A stretch of 64,000 bases of DNA from Myxococcales bacterium (GTDB lineage: Bacteria; Myxococcota; B64-G9), in assembly GCA_012798435.1 (NCBI GenBank), contig JAAZNF010000028.1, forward strand, positions 15,362-79,361, given 5' to 3'. The notes under the pieces are model-generated. The model was not told the DNA's origin, made no database searches, and was given only the letters and a program-made list of their open reading frames with translations. Below, in pieces: positions 27,178-35,726 of the stretch (position 1 is the stretch's first letter; the number at the start of each line of letters is the position of its first letter). The position numbers and the translations under genes are program-made.

Positions 27178-29139
27178 GTGCGCCTGTCGCTGGCCACCAA
27201 GATGTTTCTCGGCTACACCCTGCTCATCCTGATGTTCGGGGTGGTGTCGGTGTACGTGCTGGGTCGGTTCTCGGCGGAGCGCGCCCAGCTCAACCAGCTC
27301 AACCGCCAACTCCTGCCCCTGGACCGCCTGGCGGCGGAGATCGAGGCGCTCAGCGACGCCTCGGTGCGCGGGCTCACCGACATCCTGCGCGCCGACCCCG
27401 CCACTCGTCTCACCCTGCTGCAGAGCGGCCGGCGCTCCTTTCAGCGCAGCATGCAGCTGCGCATCCGTCAAGCCCAGGGCATCCTGGGACGCAGCGACAC
27501 AGCCTCCCTGCCGGACAAGCAGCGGCGTTTCCTCGACGAGGTCGGCACCCGGCTGGAGCAGATCCGCGAGCAGAGCGAGGCGCTGGACCGGACGCTGGCC
27601 GAAATCGAGAAGCGTTGGCTGGAGCCCGAGTCGTTCGAGCCCCCCCCGGGCCCAGAGGCCGAGATCGAGCCCGCCGGCCGCCGCCTGCTGCGCGACGTGC
27701 GCCTGATGAAACTGGCTCTCAAAAACCGCATCACCGCTCAGGTGCTGGACCTGGAGCAGCAGGAAGGCACGGCCACCGCGGTGGTGCTGTGGCTCTCGCT
27801 CCTGTCGGTGGCGGTCGGGGCGCTCATCGTGCTGCTGTCCTTCCTCGCCCTGCGGCCGGTGCAGCGGCTCTCCGAGGCGGCGCGCCGCATCTCCCAGGGA
27901 GATTTCTCCGCCAGCGTGCCCACGGGCGCCCGCGACGAGATCGGCTTTCTGGCGACGGAGTTCAACCGCATGGCGCGCGCCCTGGAGGCGCGGGAGGCCG
28001 AGAGCCGGCGCCAGCAGGAGCAACTGGCCCTGGTCAACCGTCAGCTCAAGCAGTCCAGTCTGGACCTGGAGCTCTTGAAGCTCTACAACGAGAACATCAT
28101 CCGCTCCATCCACCACGGCATCCTGGTGTGCGACGTGCGCGGGTTCGTCACCACCCTCAACCCGGCGGCCGAGACCCTGTTCGGGTTGCAGCCGGCGACC
28201 GCGGTGGGAAAGCCGCTGTCGGAGTTGCCGCTGGCCGGCACCTGCGCCGAGCTGCTCCGGAACTGGAGCCGGGTGCTGAACGAGAAGGCCGGCTTGTTCT
28301 TCGAGGCCCTGACCCTGCCCGGCCCCGGCGAGCGCCTGGTGGATCTGCGGGCGGCGCCGCTGTTCGGCGCCGACGGCAACGCCCAGGGCGTGCTGATCCT
28401 GGGGGAGGAGGTGACCGAGAAGGTGCGCACCAAGCAGGCGCTCATCCAGTCGGAGCGCCTGGCGGCCATCGGCCGCATGTCGGCCATGGTGGCGCACGAG
28501 ATCCGCAACCCCCTGAGCGCCATCGGGCTCAACGCCGAGTTGCTGGAGGAGGAGCTGCTGCGCCTGGAGCGCGGCGTCGGCGACGAGCCTCGCAAGCTGC
28601 TGGCCTCCATCAGCGGGGAGGTGGAGCGGCTCACCCAGGTCACCGACGAGTACCTCCGCTTCGCCCGGCTGCCCAAACCCCACCTGGCGCCGGAGGACCT
28701 CAACGCCATCGTCCGGGACCTGCTGCGCTTCCTCGGCCCGGAGATGACGCGGGCCAAGGTGGAGGTTCATCTGGAGCTGGACGCGGCTACCCCTCCCCTG
28801 CCCCTGGACGAATCCCAGGTGCGCCAGGCGCTGATCAACCTGATCAAGAACTCCGTGCAGAGCATGCCCGAGGGCGGCACGCTGCGCATCCGCACCGACC
28901 GTAGCGACGGGACCGTCCGCCTGCGCATCCAGGACTCCGGGCGGGGCATGGACGCGGCCTGCCTGGAGCGCATCTTCGATCCCTTCTTCAGCACCCGCGA
29001 CGGGGGCACCGGGCTGGGGCTCACCCTGACCCAGCAGATCGTCTTGGAGCACGGCGGCCGTATCCGCTGCGAGAGCGCGCCGGGCCAGGGCACCTGTTTC
29101 GTGGTCGAATTCCCTTCGCCGGGGCCGGCGGCGGGATAG
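27178..29139 (+). CDS. Sensor histidine kinase (2 TM, HAMP, PAS, HisKA, HATPase_c)
   Basis: GTG 27178 with GGAGGG RBS 9 nt upstream. TM MFLGYTLLILMFGVVSVYVLG. HAMP PVQRLSEAARRISQGDFSA. PAS (IIRSIHHGILVCDVRGFVT). H-box AIGRMSAMVAHEIRNPL. G-boxes (DSGRGM, GTGLGLTL). The long antisense ORF 27007..29592 is rejected. Confidence 0.8.
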   Translation: MRLSLATKMFLGYTLLILMFGVVSVYVLGRFSAERAQLNQLNRQLLPLDRLAAEIEALSDASVRGLTDILRADPATRLTLLQSGRRSFQRSMQLRIRQAQGILGRSDTASLPDKQRRFLDEVGTRLEQIREQSEALDRTLAEIEKRWLEPESFEPPPGPEAEIEPAGRRLLRDVRLMKLALKNRITAQVLDLEQQEGTATAVVLWLSLLSVAVGALIVLLSFLALRPVQRLSEAARRISQGDFSASVPTGARDEIGFLATEFNRMARALEAREAESRRQQEQLALVNRQLKQSSLDLELLKLYNENIIRSIHHGILVCDVRGFVTTLNPAAETLFGLQPATAVGKPLSELPLAGTCAELLRNWSRVLNEKAGLFFEALTLPGPGERLVDLRAAPLFGADGNAQGVLILGEEVTEKVRTKQALIQSERLAAIGRMSAMVAHEIRNPLSAIGLNAELLEEELLRLERGVGDEPRKLLASISGEVERLTQVTDEYLRFARLPKPHLAPEDLNAIVRDLLRFLGPEMTRAKVEVHLELDAATPPLPLDESQVRQALINLIKNSVQSMPEGGTLRIRTDRSDGTVRLRIQDSGRGMDAACLERIFDPFFSTRDGGTGLGLTLTQQIVLEHGGRIRCESAPGQGTCFVVEFPSPGPAAG

Positions 29140-29157
29140 AGCTTTGGAGAGAGGCAC

Positions 29158-30564
29158 GTGGCCGTCGGTCGCGAGTTCGGACCCTACACCCTGCTGCGCA
29201 AGCTGGCGCGCGGCGGCATGGCCGACATCTTCCTGGCCCGGCGCCGCCACGAGGTGGGGGACGAGCTGTGCGTCATCAAGATGATGCTGCCCCACACCCT
29301 GCGTAATCCACGTGCCATCAAGCTCTTCCTGGGCGAGGCCCGCCTCATCACCCACCTCGAGCACCCCAACATCGTGCGCATCCAGGTGCTGGACCGGGTG
29401 GACAACTACTTCTTCATCGCCATGGAGTACATCCCCGGCGAGACCGCCTTCCACCTCCTGCACCAGGCCTGCGAGGCGCGCCGGCCGGTGCGGCCCGAGG
29501 AGGCCGCCGGCATCGTGTGGCAGACCTGCCAGGGCCTGCACTACGCCCACGAACTGTGCGACGATCGGGGCCAGCCACTGCGGCTGGTGCACCGCGACAT
29601 CAGCCCCAGCAACCTGATGATCTCCTACGACGGCCAGGTGAAGATCCTCGACTTCGGCATTGCAGCCGCGGTGAGCCGCTCGCGCGATCTGCCACCGAAC
29701 CGCACCCTGGGCAAGTACGGCTACATGTCGCCCGAGCAGTACCGTGGCCAGGTGGTGGACCGCCGCTCGGACATCTTCTCGCTGGGCGTGGTGCTGTGGG
29801 AGCTGTGCACCGGCAGCGCGCTCTTCCCGGGGAGCGATCCGGCGCAGATCCGGCGCGCCGCGCTGGAGGGCCGCATCCTCACGCCGCGCGAGGTCAACCT
29901 GAACGTCCCCGAGGCCCTGGAGAGCGTGGCGATGGTGGCGCTGGAGCGGGATCCCAAGCGCCGCTTCCGCGACGCCGCCGAGATGGGCCTGGCCCTGCAG
30001 GAAGCGTGCGGCGAAGCCCTGGCGGACGAGGCCAGGCTGTCGCAGATGTTGCGGGAGATATTCGGTCCGGAGCGGGAGCGCATGTCGCGCGCCGGCGAGG
30101 TAGGCGCCGAGCTGGAACTCGAGACCTTGCTGTTCGACGATCTGGGAACCAGCGATGGGGAGGCGCTCCGTCCGGAAGCTCAGCCGCTGCGGCGCCGCGT
30201 CTTGCGGCCGGCGACGCTGGCCTGGCTCATCCTCTCGCTACTGCTCATCGGCGCGGCGCTCGCGCTACGCCTGCTGGTGGACGCCATGGACCCGGTGCGC
30301 CCACCGCGCACCGAGCCGGCGCCTCAAGAGGGCACCATCCAGGTGGATTCCAACCCCAGGGGCGCGGCCATCTTCCTCAACGGCCGCGACACCGGCCTGG
30401 TCACCCCGGCCGAGCTGCGCCGCATCCCGCTGGCCACGGATCAGGACATCGAGCTGCGCCGGGCGGGATATATGCCGTTCCGCAGCCGGGTGCGGCTGGA
30501 GAACGATGCGCCTCGCCGCATCAGCGCCGCGCTGGTGCGAGAACCCAAGGCGCCGCGCAAATGA
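29158..30564 (+). CDS. Ser/Thr protein kinase with C-terminal TM segment and PEGA domain
   Basis: GTG start 18 nt after the HK stop with GGAGAGAGG RBS. LARGGMADIFLA, VIKMM, HRDISPSNLMIS, DFGIA, GYMSPEQ. C-terminal TIQVDSNPRGAAIFLNGRDTGLVTP...LRRAGYMPF is PEGA. Confidence 0.85.
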   Translation: MAVGREFGPYTLLRKLARGGMADIFLARRRHEVGDELCVIKMMLPHTLRNPRAIKLFLGEARLITHLEHPNIVRIQVLDRVDNYFFIAMEYIPGETAFHLLHQACEARRPVRPEEAAGIVWQTCQGLHYAHELCDDRGQPLRLVHRDISPSNLMISYDGQVKILDFGIAAAVSRSRDLPPNRTLGKYGYMSPEQYRGQVVDRRSDIFSLGVVLWELCTGSALFPGSDPAQIRRAALEGRILTPREVNLNVPEALESVAMVALERDPKRRFRDAAEMGLALQEACGEALADEARLSQMLREIFGPERERMSRAGEVGAELELETLLFDDLGTSDGEALRPEAQPLRRRVLRPATLAWLILSLLLIGAALALRLLVDAMDPVRPPRTEPAPQEGTIQVDSNPRGAAIFLNGRDTGLVTPAELRRIPLATDQDIELRRAGYMPFRSRVRLENDAPRRISAALVREPKAPRK

Positions 30565-33443
30565 GGCGCGTCCGACCGCTCGCCGCATGTCTGCTGTTGC
30601 TCGCCGGGATCCTCGTCTCCCCGGGCGCGCGGGCGCGCGATCCCGCGCTGGAGTGGCGGTCGCTGCGCACGCCCCACTTCGTGGTGCACTTCAATCCAGA
30701 GGCGGAGGCGCTGGCGCAGCGGGTGGCGCGCACCGCCGAGGCCGCCCTGGCGCGCGTGGCCCGGGAGCTCGGCCACCTCCCGCGCGAGCCCATCCAGATG
30801 GTGATCTCCGACGAGGGCGACTCGGCCAACGGCATGGCCACGGTCATCCCCTACAACACGGTCCACGTGTTCGCCTCGCCGCCGGACGATCTCAGCGTGC
30901 TGCACGATTACGACGACTACCTGGGTGTCTTGCTGCTGCACGAGCTCAGCCACGTGGTGCACATGGACACGGTCTCGGGCGTGCCCGCCCTGATCAACGC
31001 CATCTTCGGCCGCACCGTCTTCCCCAACGGCGCCCAGCCGGGCTGGTTCATCGAGGGCGTGGCGGTACGCAACGAGTCGGCGCTGTCTTCGGCCGGGCGC
31101 GTCCGCTCGTCGCTGTTCCGGATGGTCCTGCGCACCGCGGCCCTGTCCGGCACCTTCCCCGCCATCGACGAGCTCTCCGGCTGGATGCGACGCTGGCCGC
31201 AGGGGAACGCCCCCTACCTGTTCGGCGGGTTCTTCCTCGATTTTCTGGCGCGGCACCATGGCTCGGACGCGCTTCGCCAGTTGTCCCACCTCATGAGCGG
31301 CCGGCTGATCCCCTGGACCCTCAACCTGAACGCCCGGGAGGTTCTGGGCGCCGACTACCCGGCGCTGTGGGACGAGTGGCGGCGCGAGGTGGAGGACGAG
31401 GCGAAAGGCCTGCTCTCCAGGCTCGAACTCGACGGCCTGACCCCCTTTCGGCGCCTGACCGAGCGCGCCCAAATGCAGCACGCGCCGCGCTTCTCGCCCG
31501 GCGGCGCGCGGGTGCTGTACGCCAGCCTTTCGACGTCCGCCTGGCCCGCCTGGCGCCTGGTGGGCCCGGACGGGTCGGAGGACCGGCTCCTGTTCGAATC
31601 GAACGACGCCGGTGGCGCGGACTTCCTCCCGGACGGCACGGCGGTGATCTTCTCCCAGTCCGAGGTGGAGCGGGGGTTCTACGTCTTCTTCGACCTGTAC
31701 CGTTACGACCTAACGAGCGGCCGGCAGCAGCGGCTCACCCAAGGCCTGCGGGCCCACTCCCCGGACGTCTCGCCGGACGGACGGCGGGTGGTGTTCGTGT
31801 CCCAGCGCCTGGGCCGGACCCGGCTGGGCCTGCTCGAGCTCGAAAACCCCACCCAGGTGCGCTGGCTCCTCGAGCCCTCGCTGGACGAGGCGTTGCACAC
31901 GCCGCGATTCTCCCCCGATGGAAAGCAGGTGGTGTTCTCCATGGCCGTACCAGGCGGCGGCCGGAACCTGTGGCTGCTCGACCTCGCCGGCGGCGCACCT
32001 CGGCGGCTCACCCATGGAGCGGCGCTGGACCTCGACCCGGTGTTTTCCCCGAACGGAACTCAGGTCTTCTTCGCCTCGGACCGCACCGGCGTGTTCAACT
32101 TGTGGAGCCTGGATCTCATGAGCGGCGCCTTGCGCCGCATCACCAACCTCGCCACCGGCGCCTTCTCGCCGGAACCCGCCCCGGACGGCTCGTGCCTGGT
32201 GTTCGTGGTGTACGGCCCGCGCGGCTTCGACCTGGCGCGCATCGACGCACCCTTCCGGGAGTACCCTGGAGGCCCCGCGCGCGCCGCCCGTCCACCCGCG
32301 GAGGACCTGGCGGCCTCCGGCGAGCGCTACCCGGTGGAGGGTTACTCGCCCCTCGAGACACTGTGGCCGCGAAGCTGGCTGCCGCTCTTCGGCAGCGATC
32401 CCGACGGCATGACCGTGGGGGTACTGGTCGGCGGAACAGACGTTTTGGACTTCGCCTCGTACCAGGCATCGCTCTCGGCGGGTGTGGTGGGGGGCCGGCT
32501 CTCCTGGGACATCAGCGCCACCCTGCATCTCGTATATCCGTACCTCTACCTGTTCCACAGCCGGCGGGCCTTCGAGGCCGGGCACGACGCCGTGCTCGAC
32601 GACAAGGGCTTTTCGGTGGTGAAGACCGAGCACGTCGGCTTCGCGGAGCTCTCCTTCCCTTTCTCCTCGATGCGGCAGCGCCATTTTCTGTTTTTCAACT
32701 ATGACTTTCACCACTTCGACCGGGAGACGCCGCTCGTCTTGCGCCCGGACGACGCCGCCCCGACCTTTCCAGACGACCGGCGGCGGGCCTGGCTGGGCAT
32801 GGGCTGGTCCTTTTCGAGCCTGCGCTACTACATCGACTCCATCAGCGCCGAACAAGGCCTGTGGGCCTCGGTGTCGCTGCGCTACAGCCACCCGCAGATC
32901 GGTAGCGGCCTTTCGCTAGTCGAGGGCAGGCTCGCCCTGCGCGGCTATCTTCCGGTGTGGCCGGAGAAGAACCACGTCCTGGCGCTGGGGTTCAACGCCG
33001 GCGCCGCGGTGGGCGACGATCGCCGCCGCCCGGTGTACTGGCTGGGCGGGCTACCGCTGCGCGATCCGCTACAGGACTCCTACTTCGGCTACCGCTACGC
33101 CGACGTGTACCTGCGCGGCTACGACCCCTGGGCTTTTTCCGGCTACGCCTACGCCCTGGGCTCGGCCGAGTACCGCCTGCCGCTTTGCGACATCGAGCGG
33201 GGTGTGCTGACCCTGCCGGTGTACGCCGGGCGCCTGCACGCGGCGGCGTTCGTCGACGTCGGGGCGGCGGCCTTTTCGCTCTCGGACATCCCGTCCCGTC
33301 TCAAGGTCGGCTTGGGCGCGGAGCTGCGATTGGACCTGATGCTCGCCTACTACTTTCCCATGACCGTGCGCCTGGGATACGCCCGCGGCCTCATGGCCGA
33401 GGGCGTGGACAACGTCTTTCTGGTGCTGGGCAACGGGTTCTGA
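30561..33443 (+). CDS. Multi-domain outer-membrane protein: HExxH zinc-metalloprotease-like domain + TolB-like (PD40/WD40-like) beta-propeller + C-terminal Omp85/surface-antigen-like beta-barrel
   Basis: ATG 30561 overlaps the STK stop (ATGA). Signal MRRVRPLAACLLLLAGILVSPGARA. LLLHELSHVVHMD ... WFIEG (gluzincin-like). Repeated FSPDG(K/R)xVVF and FSPNGTQVFFASDRTG propeller blades. The final residues GYARGLMAEGVDNVFLVLGNGF end in a terminal aromatic typical of OM beta-barrels. Confidence 0.65.
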   Translation: MRRVRPLAACLLLLAGILVSPGARARDPALEWRSLRTPHFVVHFNPEAEALAQRVARTAEAALARVARELGHLPREPIQMVISDEGDSANGMATVIPYNTVHVFASPPDDLSVLHDYDDYLGVLLLHELSHVVHMDTVSGVPALINAIFGRTVFPNGAQPGWFIEGVAVRNESALSSAGRVRSSLFRMVLRTAALSGTFPAIDELSGWMRRWPQGNAPYLFGGFFLDFLARHHGSDALRQLSHLMSGRLIPWTLNLNAREVLGADYPALWDEWRREVEDEAKGLLSRLELDGLTPFRRLTERAQMQHAPRFSPGGARVLYASLSTSAWPAWRLVGPDGSEDRLLFESNDAGGADFLPDGTAVIFSQSEVERGFYVFFDLYRYDLTSGRQQRLTQGLRAHSPDVSPDGRRVVFVSQRLGRTRLGLLELENPTQVRWLLEPSLDEALHTPRFSPDGKQVVFSMAVPGGGRNLWLLDLAGGAPRRLTHGAALDLDPVFSPNGTQVFFASDRTGVFNLWSLDLMSGALRRITNLATGAFSPEPAPDGSCLVFVVYGPRGFDLARIDAPFREYPGGPARAARPPAEDLAASGERYPVEGYSPLETLWPRSWLPLFGSDPDGMTVGVLVGGTDVLDFASYQASLSAGVVGGRLSWDISATLHLVYPYLYLFHSRRAFEAGHDAVLDDKGFSVVKTEHVGFAELSFPFSSMRQRHFLFFNYDFHHFDRETPLVLRPDDAAPTFPDDRRRAWLGMGWSFSSLRYYIDSISAEQGLWASVSLRYSHPQIGSGLSLVEGRLALRGYLPVWPEKNHVLALGFNAGAAVGDDRRRPVYWLGGLPLRDPLQDSYFGYRYADVYLRGYDPWAFSGYAYALGSAEYRLPLCDIERGVLTLPVYAGRLHAAAFVDVGAAAFSLSDIPSRLKVGLGAELRLDLMLAYYFPMTVRLGYARGLMAEGVDNVFLVLGNGF

Positions 33444-33448
33444 GCGAA

Positions 33449-33859
33449 TCAGCGCCAGGCGGCGGGCCGCGCCACCCGGAACACCCAGCCGCGCAGCAAC
33501 GGATAGGTGAAGCACACCCACACCAACGCCAGGCTCACCAGGTGCAACAGGCGGGGATCGCCGCCGGTGACCAGGCGCAGCAGCCACCAGGTCAGGGTGG
33601 CCAGGCTGACGGCCGAGAGCGCGGTCACGGCATAGCGGCCGGCCTGGCTCCACAACCCACCGCCGCATCCTTGGAACGCGAAGCGGCGGTTCAGGGTGAA
33701 GTTGCTCACCGCCCCGAGCGCCCCACACACCCAGCGGGCGACCAGCAGGGCTCTGCCGCCGGCCAGGAGCAGGGTGCACAGGCAGAACAACCCGGCGTCC
33801 ACGGCGGTCGAGAGCAAGCTCACCGACAGGCTTCGCAGGGTCAGGCGGCCCGGCGCCAT
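33449..33859 (-). CDS. GtrA-family small polytopic membrane protein (flippase-associated)
   Basis: 136 aa with four hydrophobic helices. FTLNRRFAFQG motif is typical of the GtrA family. The start overlaps the stop of the upstream deacetylase-like gene. Confidence 0.55.
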   Translation of the reverse strand: MAPGRLTLRSLSVSLLSTAVDAGLFCLCTLLLAGGRALLVARWVCGALGAVSNFTLNRRFAFQGCGGGLWSQAGRYAVTALSAVSLATLTWWLLRLVTGGDPRLLHLVSLALVWVCFTYPLLRGWVFRVARPAAWR

Positions 33860-34611
33860 GTCTCCCTCCAATCCGGGTACGTCACCTGAACGCGGGTTCT
33901 GAGCAACTCCCGGATGCGCGTAAGGATGTGCTCCACCGGCCGGGCACCGCGCAGGTCGGCCGGGTGCAGGGCTACCCGCACCAGCGTTGCCTCCCGGCCC
34001 CGTTCTTCGATGGCGCGCATGACCACGCGCTTGCCGTAGTCGATGGCCGGGTGCGCCGCGTCGAAGGTCAGCGCGGGCGAGGGCACCGATTCGGCGCCGC
34101 GAGCGCCGAACCACACGACCTTGTGGAGGAAGGCGGTGAATGAAAACCCCTCCGCCCATACCGCCGCGAGCGCCTCCGGGCTCTGGAGCCAGGCCGGCGC
34201 CACGAAACCTTCCGCGTGCAAACCGCAGGCCGCCAGGATGTGCCGGCCCCGCTGGAGCCGCTCGCTCGCCTGGGCGAAATTCAAATGGGCGAACTCGGCG
34301 CAGCCGCGGCTGAAGGCATGGTGGTAGAAGGCGTTGACCAGGCCCGGCGGTGGCGGATCGGGCGCCCGGTGGGTGAGCCCGTGCTGCACGATCTGCGCAC
34401 CCGCCTCCTGCTCGCGCCGCAGCCACTCGGCGAACCAGGGAGAAGAGCGCAGATCCCACCGGCGACCTCGCGCATCCTGCCAGCAGGGCACCACCAGCAG
34501 CGCCGGCCGATTCACCCCCAGGCGCAGAAGCCGCCAGCGCATCCACCGGACCTCCGGCTCGGAGGCAGGACTGACGTCGTGGATCTCCACGCTGAGGCCG
34601 AGCCGGGTCAT
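33841..34611 (-). CDS. DUF2334 / polysaccharide-deacetylase-like protein
   Basis: MTRLGLSVEIHDVSP...LLVVPCWQD...QHGLTHRAP...AEGFVAPAW pattern resembles the predicted-deacetylase DUF2334 family. Translationally coupled to GT2 upstream (CAT 34609-34611 against stop 34608). Confidence 0.55.
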   Translation of the reverse strand: MTRLGLSVEIHDVSPASEPEVRWMRWRLLRLGVNRPALLVVPCWQDARGRRWDLRSSPWFAEWLRREQEAGAQIVQHGLTHRAPDPPPPGLVNAFYHHAFSRGCAEFAHLNFAQASERLQRGRHILAACGLHAEGFVAPAWLQSPEALAAVWAEGFSFTAFLHKVVWFGARGAESVPSPALTFDAAHPAIDYGKRVVMRAIEERGREATLVRVALHPADLRGARPVEHILTRIRELLRTRVQVTYPDWRETWRRAA

Positions 34612-35429
34612 CGGGCACCTTCCAGGGCCAGAGTTTCCCAGGCGGCCAGGCGAAGCCGCAGCGCCTGCCGCATCGTCTCCAGGACGAGCTGCGCGACGTC
34701 CCGCCCGCCGATGTGGCTCCTGGAGACGCCGTAGCGGCAGCGGACAGACGCGGCGGCGGCCCGGATGTCGCGATCCTGCTCTCGCGAGTATTCGGCCAGC
34801 GCGGCCAGCGACTCGTGTTCGAGGGCGTATCGGCCCCGCTCGGGCAGGCGCTCGGAGAGCACGTCGGCCAGGCGCTTGCTATACAGGCGCAGGCCGGACT
34901 GCACGTCCCCGAAGTCCACACCGCCGATCCACGCGAAGCAGCGGTTGACCAGCCAGTTCGAGAGCCGGCGCTCGATCGGCATTTCGAGGCGCTCGCGCGC
35001 TCCGATCACCAGCTCGTAGCCCTGGCGCACGAGTTCGCACAGGCGCGGTAGATCCGCCGGATCGTGCTGGCCGTCGCCGTCGAGAAGGGCCACGGCGTCG
35101 AGGTCCATCGGACGCAGGACCTTCAAGCCGCGGCGGATCGAGCCCTGCTTTCCCAGGTTCACCTCGCATCGTTCCCAACACAGCGGCGTCCCGGTGCGGC
35201 AGCGAGCCTCCTCTCGCTCGAGGACCTCGATGGTGTCGTCGCTGGAGGCGTCGTCCACCACCAGGATCACCGAGGGCTCCACGGCCCGGCAGGCCCGGAT
35301 CACGTCCGGCAGGTGAGCGGCCTCGTTATAGGCCGGGATGAGCACGGCCAGGCGCAGGCCCGCGATCTTGGATGGCGCATCTTTCTCTTTGTGCTGCTGG
35401 GTACTGGAGATGACGGTGCAGCGAATCAT
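34608..35429 (-). CDS. Family-2 glycosyltransferase (GtrB/DPM1-like polyprenyl-phosphate sugar transferase)
   Basis: LAVLIPAYNEAAHLPDVI, VDDASSDDT, LLDGDGQHDP (DxD). RBS GGGAGGTGA before ATG 35427-35429. Confidence 0.8.
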   Translation of the reverse strand: MIRCTVISSTQQHKEKDAPSKIAGLRLAVLIPAYNEAAHLPDVIRACRAVEPSVILVVDDASSDDTIEVLEREEARCRTGTPLCWERCEVNLGKQGSIRRGLKVLRPMDLDAVALLDGDGQHDPADLPRLCELVRQGYELVIGARERLEMPIERRLSNWLVNRCFAWIGGVDFGDVQSGLRLYSKRLADVLSERLPERGRYALEHESLAALAEYSREQDRDIRAAAASVRCRYGVSRSHIGGRDVAQLVLETMRQALRLRLAAWETLALEGAR

Positions 35430-35726
35430 GATCACCTCCCTTGTGATGCGGCGCAAGCCGCGACGAATCACGAATTCAAGCCCCGTGCCACGGATGACGC
35501 GTCGCGTTGCCAAGATGGCATCGGGCTGTTTTGCCTTGGTTTTCTGACCTGGGAAAGCGGTCGGAATTCCGACCGGCGCTGCTCAGGTGCGAACGCGGTT
35601 GCCCAGATCGGCCCGGCACCGCAACCGGGCCTTCCGATTCGAGACGGTTTCATGGCGTGGATTGCCGCCGGCGACCGCCCCGTGCTAGATTGGCGCCCGG
35701 ACGGAAGAGGAAAAGGAGGCCTGGAC

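Noticed and set aside
27007-29592. 861-aa minus-strand ORF spanning the HK and the start of the STK
   Set aside because: It lies antisense to two genes with unmistakable kinase motifs, and its translation is low-complexity.
29517-30560. N-terminal extension of the 1308-aa track ORF
   Set aside because: Overlaps the STK gene out of frame. The real protein begins with a signal peptide at ATG 30561.
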